A stretch of DNA of 64,000 nucleotides, taken from contig JBDLIQ010000003.1 in assembly GCA_039714775.1 (NCBI GenBank), positions 13,226 to 77,225 on the forward strand, given 5' to 3'. Each line of letters begins with the position of its first letter. Position 1 is the stretch's first letter. Positions 27,015 through 35,549 of the stretch are shown one piece after another. Position numbers and translations under genes: made by a program. Source of the stretch: Bacteroidota bacterium. Its GTDB lineage: Bacteria; Bacteroidota; Bacteroidia; Bacteroidales; GCA-2748055. The notes under the pieces are model-generated. The model was not told the origin of the DNA. It was given only the letters and a program-made list of their open reading frames with translations, and did not search any database.

Positions 27015-28494
27015 GCGTGGTTTATTCAATATCAGTAAATATTATACTGCAGGAATCATCGCGATTTTCATCTTTTCCTGTAAGCAGGAGATCGTCTTCC
27101 CCGATCCCGGATTCGATATAAAGAGCAACAGGGAGGTTGAAGTTCGACGTGATACCGCTGACTTTTATGACATACAACTGGCTATGGATGTTCCCAACGG
27201 AGTGGAGAAAATTGAGGTTCTCAACGGAACGGATTACACTCCCATCGTGCAGATTACGGAGCACAAGGGTAAAACAAAATTCGATTTTGTATATCGGGTA
27301 GATATCAGTGAAATCGTGATTGATACTACATTATCATTCATTATCAAGGTCATTGATAAAGATAACCGGAGTTTCAACCGTGGTTTTGTGATCAAAGTTC
27401 TGAAGTTCTCCATACCGGAGGTTTTTCTTACCGGGGGAAATACCATTGCCGTAGTGGCACCTTCCTATATTCTAAAAGGGGAGGTAACTACAGGGATGTA
27501 CCCAATTGATTCCATCATGATCCTTTTTGAAGGTGTTCTTCAGACCATCCTTGTTCCAGACAGCCTGGTAACGGAATACCAGCTTAACGAGACCGTTTAT
27601 ATCGGGAACCTGGATCCTGCGCAGGAGTATCTTCTGCAGATTATTGTGGTGGATAGCAGGGGGGAAAGGTCTGCTACGAATGTGACAGTTATAAAAGGAG
27701 TATTTGAACAGCCTCGTCGGATCGTTTATAAAGACAACAGGATGAATAGGGAACATACGTTCGACTTCCATTATAACACAGAGAGCCGTTTGGACAGTTT
27801 TGTTTTTGTGTGGAATTCTGGGGGAATTTCTCAGTCCATCTACCAATATTATTTGAATTATGACGCGAATGGTAATGTAACTGAGATAGGATCAAGGACT
27901 TATGTGACAGCTTTTCCGGATGAGGGATACTACTGGTTTCATTTCAGGAATATTTTCTATTATGTGGATGGGACCAGTGAGCTGGTAAAGATCTCTTCCA
28001 ATGAAATCAGGTATTTTGATTCCGGATTAACCGAGGATGAGGGAGAGGAAGTTTTGGCACAGCAGTTTGTCTACCGGGAAGATGGAACGGTATCAAGCTA
28101 TGTGGGAGCTCGTTACGTTACTGATATTCAGTATGCAGATGGGTTTGGTGCAGGGGAGAAGATATTCGCGGAATATTGGTATTCCTATCCTTTCAATGAG
28201 ATTATTGACCAGAACAGAAGGCGCAGAACAGGCTTTGACCCGGTTTTTATGCCTACATATATTTACGGATTACCTCCTTTCCTTTTACTGCACCGGTCAC
28301 ATATGGTTCTATTCAACGACCTGTTTATGCATCAATATGTATTTACGGGGACAGAACTGTATGATCCTTTCGGAGCTGTCTCCCCGCTGAACTATACATA
28401 TACCAGTGATGAACAAGGGAGGCTGGTAAAGTTCTCACGGATTGAGACCAATAATGGATCAGAAGTTATATATGACTATTATATTGAATACTAA
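27007..28494 (+). CDS. hypothetical lipoprotein with YD-repeat-like C-terminal segments
   Basis: Lipobox AIFIFSC. The N-terminal half looks Ig-like. The C-terminal half has YD-like repeats (YLNYDANGNVTEIGSRTY, YTSDEQGRLVKFSRIE...IYDYYIEY). Confidence 0.55.
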   Translation: MNRRGLFNISKYYTAGIIAIFIFSCKQEIVFPDPGFDIKSNREVEVRRDTADFYDIQLAMDVPNGVEKIEVLNGTDYTPIVQITEHKGKTKFDFVYRVDISEIVIDTTLSFIIKVIDKDNRSFNRGFVIKVLKFSIPEVFLTGGNTIAVVAPSYILKGEVTTGMYPIDSIMILFEGVLQTILVPDSLVTEYQLNETVYIGNLDPAQEYLLQIIVVDSRGERSATNVTVIKGVFEQPRRIVYKDNRMNREHTFDFHYNTESRLDSFVFVWNSGGISQSIYQYYLNYDANGNVTEIGSRTYVTAFPDEGYYWFHFRNIFYYVDGTSELVKISSNEIRYFDSGLTEDEGEEVLAQQFVYREDGTVSSYVGARYVTDIQYADGFGAGEKIFAEYWYSYPFNEIIDQNRRRRTGFDPVFMPTYIYGLPPFLLLHRSHMVLFNDLFMHQYVFTGTELYDPFGAVSPLNYTYTSDEQGRLVKFSRIETNNGSEVIYDYYIEY

Positions 28495-28518
28495 CAGATT
28501 AAAATTCCTGAAATTCAA

Positions 28519-29958
28519 ATGAAGCGTAAATTTTCTTTGATTTTGACAATTTTTATTGTTCCTGTGTTGTTGTTGATGAGTTGTGAAAAACAGGCAACAT
28601 CGGCCGGAAAGGTTGTTGTTCATATCACTTTTGAAGATGAAGAGGCAGGGCGGGTTATTGTCCGGGGTATATATAATCTCTGGCTAAGGTTTGAGAAGTT
28701 TGCAAAAGAGAGCAGCAATGAAATTACGATTCGGAAAACCATAGAGAACCCTGAGTATTATTATATCAATTTTCCCGATAATTCCATGCATGATGTACAG
28801 TGTTTCCTTGAAAAGGGTGATTCTGTTTCCATTAGGTTAAAGGGGCGATCGGTGATTTTCGAGGGGGATGATATTCCTGCAAGGCAGAACCAGCTTCTGC
28901 AACAGATTCTGCAGGAAAAAGCACGCCATCATATCTACAAGCGTGAGATGAGTCTATACCAGATTATGAAGCAGCGTAATGACAATATAGAAGAACCTGA
29001 GTTAGTAACAATTGATATGATCTCTCACAATGTTGCCAGATTGATCGAGGATTTCCGAACCAACAACAAGGGCTATTCCGAATCATTTCTCAGGTTTGTG
29101 GAGATGGATATTAGACATTATAAAATACTTTCCGGGCTCGATTTGCCTCAATACAATGTAAAAACCTATTATCCGTTTTCAGATTCAGATCTTCTGTTGC
29201 TTGAAGATGTACTACAGGATACCAGGTATGATGAGGTTGTCTACTCATCAAATTTCAGACAACTATTAAATGCCTACCTGGATTATCTTCGCATTGAGGA
29301 TCCCAAAGATTTTCTGGGTGACGGAAAAGAGTATATTTTAAATGAAGTACGGCTGGCAGATTACATCGATAATCCTACTATTAAAGAGTATATCGTTGCA
29401 GGGAATCTTCTGTCGATGGTGTACGAAGAGTGCGATAACCCGGAATATATTAGTGCTATTAAAGAATATGGCGGACGATGGAAGGAGTTTCTGATGAAAG
29501 AGACAAATGAGAGAATAAATTTCATGGAGAAGAGAGAAGTTGGTACCCGGGAATTCCCGGCATTACAAGGGGTAACCTCTGGTGGTGACTCAGTTACTCT
29601 CGAACAGTATAGAGGCAGGTGGACCTACATTGATATCTGGGCAACCTGGTGTGGCCATTGTAATTTTGAACTCCCCTACCTTGAGGAGTTGGAGCACCGG
29701 TTGAGTGATTATCCAATTCAGTTTATTGGCATATCTGTTGATAGCGAAAAAGACATTCAAAAATGGAAAGATTTTCTCATTGAAAAGGGATTGGACAAAG
29801 ACCAGCTCCTTTGTACTGATAAGACTGCGGTCTATTCTCAATTTGGCATAAAAGGTATTCCCCATTTTGCAATTATTGACCCCGAGGGAAGATTGGTTTA
29901 TAAGAGTGCTCCAAGACCTTCCACCGGAATACCCGAGCGCCTGCTAAAGGCGTTGTAA
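28519..29958 (+). CDS. TlpA/AhpC-TSA family thiol:disulfide oxidoreductase lipoprotein
   Basis: Lipobox LLLMSC. The C-terminal thioredoxin fold carries WATWCGHC. A long N-terminal non-catalytic domain precedes it. Confidence 0.85.
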   Translation: MKRKFSLILTIFIVPVLLLMSCEKQATSAGKVVVHITFEDEEAGRVIVRGIYNLWLRFEKFAKESSNEITIRKTIENPEYYYINFPDNSMHDVQCFLEKGDSVSIRLKGRSVIFEGDDIPARQNQLLQQILQEKARHHIYKREMSLYQIMKQRNDNIEEPELVTIDMISHNVARLIEDFRTNNKGYSESFLRFVEMDIRHYKILSGLDLPQYNVKTYYPFSDSDLLLLEDVLQDTRYDEVVYSSNFRQLLNAYLDYLRIEDPKDFLGDGKEYILNEVRLADYIDNPTIKEYIVAGNLLSMVYEECDNPEYISAIKEYGGRWKEFLMKETNERINFMEKREVGTREFPALQGVTSGGDSVTLEQYRGRWTYIDIWATWCGHCNFELPYLEELEHRLSDYPIQFIGISVDSEKDIQKWKDFLIEKGLDKDQLLCTDKTAVYSQFGIKGIPHFAIIDPEGRLVYKSAPRPSTGIPERLLKAL

Positions 29959-29997
29959 GACAAGATTTTTATATTTCCATCCTTGAGTAATCCTGAT

Positions 29998-32754
29998 ATG
30001 AGGCACATCATCTTAACAGCACTCTTTTGTTTATTTTCTTTTCACAGTTACACGCAAACTACATCTGCAACTAACGGTTTGGTAACCGGTCAACTTGAAA
30101 ACGGGCTCGTCTACTATATCAATCCCAAAGGAGAAACCGGTAAAGTAAAACTGACCATGCAGTCAAAAGTAGGCGCTCTGGTGGAAACAAAAGATGAGCA
30201 TGGCTATGCACATTTCCTGGAGCACATGATGTTTAACGGAAGTGAAAACTATCCGGGACGCTCATGTTACCATGTGATGGAAGATATGGGAATGCGTCTG
30301 GGGGTAGAGTTTACAGCTTTTACCTCTTCGACCGACACGGAGTACAACCTGATTATTCCTGACAACAACGAAGCTTATCTCCGGGAAAGCCTGTTGCTGT
30401 TTAAAGACTGGATGTTCTTTCTTGACATGAAACAGGAGACCCTTGATCATGAAAGAAAAATTATCAAGGAGGAGATCAACCGCGGGGGCACACCGGCTTC
30501 CTATATGTTGTATGGAACAGAACTGGAGGGTCATGATGTGCTGGGAGACAAATCATCCATTGATAAAGTCAACCTGAAGCAATTGACCGGTTTCTACAAG
30601 AAGTATTATCGACCCGATATGCTGGCAGTTATCATTTATGGTGAGATAGACGAAAAGGTTGCCTTGAAGACCATTCAGGAAGTTTTTGGAACCATTTCGG
30701 AACCCACCACGGAAAAACCCCGGTTATTTCCTGATGTTTCGGGTAACAATGTCATTGACCGGACCAGGTTGCTGGGGACATCCGGAAACCGGTCCAGATT
30801 GTCTGTGTTGGCAAAATACCCTGCCAAAGAGATCTCATCGAGGGAGGATTTCAGGTCGGTTGTTGCTGTTTCTGTTTTCAAACAGATCATGGACCGAAGG
30901 TTGTCCGGGTCTTACACAGGTTCATACGTTTCCGGACAATGGAGAAACGCTTCCTTTCTACCGCACACCAGCTTCATGGGCGCTGAGATCTTTAGCAATA
31001 ATGGCAGTAGCTATAAAGATATGCTGAATGATCTTTGCTATGCATTTGCGCAGGCAAAGGAGCATGGTTTCAGCCAGGAGGAGATTGATTATGCAGTCAG
31101 AATCCAAATGAACTGGAAGGAAAAAAGCCGGAACAGGGAAGTTCTCGAGCTTGGAGAGATAAAGAGTGGATTCCTTCGTAATTCTGTAATTCTTTCAGGA
31201 AAAGAGAAGTATGAGCTCTATAAGAATTATACAAAGACCCTGAAACCGGCAGATATGGAAGCAATAACAGATCTTTTTCTGGCTTCAAAGAAGATCGTTT
31301 CTTTAGACAGCACAAGCGCTGCTTACTCCGGAGATCTTACGGATAATTATGTCTGGAACCAACTGGCTTCCATCGACTCCATTGACACAGAACCCTATCT
31401 GTTTAAGAGCCCCCCCGCTCCTGTAGGAGATGAAGATTCGATTGTTAACCTGGATGATCAGTTTATTTCAAAACCGGCTCCAGGATTGCTTCGGAAGGAG
31501 CATGTTGATAAGAACCTTGTACTTCTGGAATACGGGAATGGAGCAAAAGTGGTACTGCACAGAAATCCGAGGGAGAAAGTATCCGTGAAAATTGTCAGCC
31601 ATGGTGGATTGAACCTGATTCCTGTATCTGACCGGGCACTGTTCATGAACATGCTGCGGTACCTTGGAGAAGGATATGCAGGTATATCTGGAGAAACAGC
31701 TTTTCAGCTGGAAAGAGCGTGTGGTATCTACTTTTCTGAAAAGGCAGACCATTACAGCCATCAGGTAGAGATGAAGGGAACCCGGGAGCACTTTAAGGAG
31801 ATGTGCCAGGTACTCAATCTGAGGCTGACAGAAGCAAATGAATTGTCAGAAGAGGCATTTGAAGAGAAGCTTAGCATGGCAAAAAGGTACTTAATGATTG
31901 AGCAGGATATTGAGTATAAGGAGTATAAAGGTCGGGTGAATTTGTCGCGGGTAGAGATCGGACTCGATACTTCAAATGTTGCTGAATGTGCTGGCCGGTT
32001 TACCAAATACCGGAACAGACTGGTTGATCAGATGAACCATGGTGTTGTTTACATCAGTGGCGATCTGCCTGAAAGGGCTGAGGAGTACATTACAGCATAC
32101 CTTGCTTCGGTTTTCGGACCAGAGAACGAGCTTGAAGTGCCGGGCAGTGACCCGGATATTTTAGCAGATGAGGTTGTCATGAAGCAATTCACGTGGAGAA
32201 GAACGGTCTCTATTGTAGAATATTTGTTTACTACAATTCCGGATCAGGTTAAGTTGAAAGACTACCTGATCCTGGAGGGAATTGCACGGCATGCCAACAA
32301 CATGATGCTTAAAAAGTTAAGAGCAGAACACGGGTTGGTCTATTCAACCGGAACCACTGCATATACCAGAACATATCCAGATGATTTTACCTCACTGAGT
32401 ATCCGGTATATGATTGATCCCGAGAATATTGATACCTCCCTGATTGTGATGAACGATCTGTTGGATGGGATGAGTACAGGTACCATCTCACTGAAAGAGA
32501 CTGACCGGATTAAAGCCCTCCTTCAAACCATTTTCATTACATCGTTCTATGACCCGGAAACCCTGAGCACTGTCTGGGCAGACATGTTCATGAGTTTTGA
32601 TAAAGCGTTTTCGAGAGACGAGTTACAGGAAACCATTCATTCCATCTCTCCTGAGGATATTCAATCGGCATTGCACAGGATCTTGCAGATGAAGAACCAC
32701 TATATCCTGATCCGAAGGCCAGAGAGTACCAGTGGAAAAACAATTGATAAATAA
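29998..32754 (+). CDS. M16 (pitrilysin/insulinase) family zinc peptidase, double-domain
   Basis: ATG at 29998 gives the signal peptide MRHIILTALFCLFSFHSYTQ. The inverted zinc motif HFLEHMMFNGS (HxxEH) is present. The size, about 920 aa, indicates fused active and inactive halves. Confidence 0.85.
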   Translation: MRHIILTALFCLFSFHSYTQTTSATNGLVTGQLENGLVYYINPKGETGKVKLTMQSKVGALVETKDEHGYAHFLEHMMFNGSENYPGRSCYHVMEDMGMRLGVEFTAFTSSTDTEYNLIIPDNNEAYLRESLLLFKDWMFFLDMKQETLDHERKIIKEEINRGGTPASYMLYGTELEGHDVLGDKSSIDKVNLKQLTGFYKKYYRPDMLAVIIYGEIDEKVALKTIQEVFGTISEPTTEKPRLFPDVSGNNVIDRTRLLGTSGNRSRLSVLAKYPAKEISSREDFRSVVAVSVFKQIMDRRLSGSYTGSYVSGQWRNASFLPHTSFMGAEIFSNNGSSYKDMLNDLCYAFAQAKEHGFSQEEIDYAVRIQMNWKEKSRNREVLELGEIKSGFLRNSVILSGKEKYELYKNYTKTLKPADMEAITDLFLASKKIVSLDSTSAAYSGDLTDNYVWNQLASIDSIDTEPYLFKSPPAPVGDEDSIVNLDDQFISKPAPGLLRKEHVDKNLVLLEYGNGAKVVLHRNPREKVSVKIVSHGGLNLIPVSDRALFMNMLRYLGEGYAGISGETAFQLERACGIYFSEKADHYSHQVEMKGTREHFKEMCQVLNLRLTEANELSEEAFEEKLSMAKRYLMIEQDIEYKEYKGRVNLSRVEIGLDTSNVAECAGRFTKYRNRLVDQMNHGVVYISGDLPERAEEYITAYLASVFGPENELEVPGSDPDILADEVVMKQFTWRRTVSIVEYLFTTIPDQVKLKDYLILEGIARHANNMMLKKLRAEHGLVYSTGTTAYTRTYPDDFTSLSIRYMIDPENIDTSLIVMNDLLDGMSTGTISLKETDRIKALLQTIFITSFYDPETLSTVWADMFMSFDKAFSRDELQETIHSISPEDIQSALHRILQMKNHYILIRRPESTSGKTIDK

Positions 32755-32770
32755 ACAGATAACAGTTCAC

Positions 32771-34144
32771 ATGCAACTTCTAAATAAACACATGCACAAC
32801 AAGATAACCCTGTTATTCATGCTTCTTCTTCTTCCCTTCATGGGAGATTTAGCTGCACAGGGAGTTCAATTCAGGGAGATTACATTTGAGGAGGCCCTGG
32901 AACGGGCAGAGGAGGAGAATAAATTGATCTACATCGATTTTTATACAGACTGGTGCGGGCCGTGCAAATCCATGACCCATCATGTCTTTCCGGATGCCGA
33001 AGTCGGTGCTTTATACAACAAGCATTTTATTAACCTGAAAATTAACCCGGAAAAGCAGGGTCGTCCCACTGCAGGTAAATATGGTGTGGGTGCCTATCCA
33101 ACCTCTCTGTTCGTTGACCACAATGGAGATATTGTTTACAGAATGGTGGGAGGCCTGAGCATCGAGGGTATGTTGGAGATGGGCAAAACCAGCCTGGAAT
33201 CAGTGCAGAGCAACTATAGTTTGCCGAAACTGCAAGCGCTTTTCCCCGAAAAACAGGATGATGAGGAGTTCCTGAAAATGTATTTCACCAAAATGATCGC
33301 GAATGGAGAGTCACCCGTGGTTGGAATTGAGGCCTGGTTGAAGGTGCAAACCAGTATCAGGGAGAGCGATGTGGACATGATGGAGTTTTTGTTGGATCAT
33401 TCAAAGTACTTGATCGTCGATGGGAAGGCAGAGGAGATATTTGATGCCAATTATGATGAATACTGGGATATCGCTACGCGTCATGAAGAGCTGGCTTTGA
33501 AACAGATGAGAGGGTTGATGATCCAAAACACCAAAAAACTGGCTTATCAAAAGGAGGATCCCCTGCTGATGCATAGCTTCATTGCAAACTGGAAGGAACT
33601 TCCGGAGGCGACCCGGAATGGGAATCTGAACGATTTTGAGCTGGATGCTTTATGGTTTGAGAAGAATACAGAAGATTATAAGATACTGGCAACCAGATAT
33701 CTGGATAGCATCATTACTGCAAAAACCCTTGATCAGATCAGGAGTGAGGATCAGGAAGCCTATGAAGCGTTTGTTGCAAAAATGGGCAACAGGCAAAGCC
33801 TGATAGGTAATTATATAAAGGAGAATCTCAGGCAGGGCAAAGAAGCCCGTCTCCAGATGTTTGCCATTGTCAAGACCGGAAGAAAATACCTTGACCTTGC
33901 CGAACAAAGGTCAGATTACAGAAAGCTGAATGAATGGATAGAATATGGTTTGAATCTTGTACCGGTAGCATATGATATGGAAAATTTCCAGGCCAGTGTG
34001 CTCTACAAACAGGGGAAGGTTAAAAAGGCCATCAAAGCAAAAGAATCTGCTTTGTCCAAAATGCCGGAGGATCATAAGAAAAGGGGAACAGTGAAGCGGG
34101 AGTTGGAGAGGATGAGAACCGGGCTTTCGAGTTCACACCAGTAA
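32771..34144 (+). CDS. exported thioredoxin-domain protein with helical C-terminal domain
   Basis: Signal peptide ...KITLLFMLLLLPFMGDLAAQ and the canonical DWCGPC motif. The start is ambiguous (32771 or 32792). The 32732 start would overlap the M16 gene. Confidence 0.8.
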   Translation: MQLLNKHMHNKITLLFMLLLLPFMGDLAAQGVQFREITFEEALERAEEENKLIYIDFYTDWCGPCKSMTHHVFPDAEVGALYNKHFINLKINPEKQGRPTAGKYGVGAYPTSLFVDHNGDIVYRMVGGLSIEGMLEMGKTSLESVQSNYSLPKLQALFPEKQDDEEFLKMYFTKMIANGESPVVGIEAWLKVQTSIRESDVDMMEFLLDHSKYLIVDGKAEEIFDANYDEYWDIATRHEELALKQMRGLMIQNTKKLAYQKEDPLLMHSFIANWKELPEATRNGNLNDFELDALWFEKNTEDYKILATRYLDSIITAKTLDQIRSEDQEAYEAFVAKMGNRQSLIGNYIKENLRQGKEARLQMFAIVKTGRKYLDLAEQRSDYRKLNEWIEYGLNLVPVAYDMENFQASVLYKQGKVKKAIKAKESALSKMPEDHKKRGTVKRELERMRTGLSSSHQ

Positions 34145-34203
34145 AATGTTTTTATGGTAAGTTAAACAAGGCCAATTTATTAACTTAATTATTTTCTTGT
34201 AAA

Positions 34204-35535
34204 ATGAGGATATATATTATACTCTGGATGATTGCTCTGCCGTTCATGGCAATGGCACAGGGAATTCATTTTGAGAAAGGGACCTTTGACGAGGCGCTGG
34301 GAAAAGCAAAAGCTGAAAACAAACTTCTTTTCGTGGACGGGTATGCAGTTTGGTGCAGCCCCTGCCTGGCGATGGCAAATACCGTATTCAAAGATGAAGA
34401 GGTAGGAAAATACTTTGATGAATACCTGGTTGCCATTAAAGTTGATGTAGAAAAAGGGGAGGGGCCTGCCATTTCAAAGCGATATGGAATCGTGGGCCTG
34501 CCAGGCTATGTGTTTATCGATGGGGATGGTTTGGTGGTTTACCGGTTTTCATCTTCCATGCCTGCGGCTGATTTTATGAGAGAGGTAAAGCTGGCCGTTT
34601 CGTATGCAGATGATCCAAACAGCGTGGGCCGCCTGGGTGAACGTTATAAAGTGGAAAAGAGCGATACTGCTTTGGTGAAGCTCTATCTTGATAAATTGAA
34701 GGAGAGCAAATCAACGGGTTATACCAATGTACTGGAACACTACCTGTCTGTTCAGACCACCATGGCAGATTCAAGTAAAGAGATGGTTGTATTCCTGGCA
34801 GATCATTATCGTGAAATCATACTGGGCGGGGAGGCAGAACGGATTACCCGGGATAACTATGGTTCGGACGCGTGGAAATTGTATGTCAGGAAAGATATCC
34901 GGGAAGTGTATCAGAGGCTGGAGCACGGAATTGTAGAAAACACCATCAGGTATGCGACCGAAAACAGAGATACTGTAATGCTGGAGCTCGCTCTTCAGCG
35001 TGAGGAAGAGATCAATGCCGGGAAAGGGATGAAGACCAACCCGTCACAACGCAGAAGAGTATATGCCAGATATTACCTGGAAACAAACATGGGTGAGAAG
35101 TACAAAGCCCTGGTCAGAGATGAGAATGAGGCATTCATCAATCAGCTGAATGCAGAGGAGTTGCGTTCGGGATATCTTGACTGGCAGAAAAGGAAAGCCG
35201 CAGGAGAAGAAAAAGCACAATACACAAGGCCACATTCAATAAGAACAAGCCTGCAAATTCAAAACATGGTTAAAAATTATGGCCGGTTCGTCACCACCGG
35301 GCAGGAGAAGCAAGACGTGCTTCGTTGGGCGAAGAGAGGCTATGACATTATACCGGGAGATCCGGCCATGATGAGTGTATATGCTGATCTTTTGTATCTG
35401 TTTGATAACAGGGAAGCGGGTTTAAAAGAGAAAGAGGAGGCATTTCGAATTGCTTCTGAAAGACAGTATGAGGGAAGATGGAAAATCGAACAGAACCTGG
35501 AATTAATGAGAAAAGGAGAACATATCTCATTGTGA
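34204..35535 (+). CDS. exported thioredoxin-domain protein, paralog of the preceding gene
   Basis: Signal peptide MRIYIILWMIALPFMAMAQG and motif VWCSPC. The architecture matches 32771-34144. Confidence 0.8.
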   Translation: MRIYIILWMIALPFMAMAQGIHFEKGTFDEALGKAKAENKLLFVDGYAVWCSPCLAMANTVFKDEEVGKYFDEYLVAIKVDVEKGEGPAISKRYGIVGLPGYVFIDGDGLVVYRFSSSMPAADFMREVKLAVSYADDPNSVGRLGERYKVEKSDTALVKLYLDKLKESKSTGYTNVLEHYLSVQTTMADSSKEMVVFLADHYREIILGGEAERITRDNYGSDAWKLYVRKDIREVYQRLEHGIVENTIRYATENRDTVMLELALQREEEINAGKGMKTNPSQRRRVYARYYLETNMGEKYKALVRDENEAFINQLNAEELRSGYLDWQKRKAAGEEKAQYTRPHSIRTSLQIQNMVKNYGRFVTTGQEKQDVLRWAKRGYDIIPGDPAMMSVYADLLYLFDNREAGLKEKEEAFRIASERQYEGRWKIEQNLELMRKGEHISL

Positions 35536-35549
35536 AAAAAACCGAAAAA

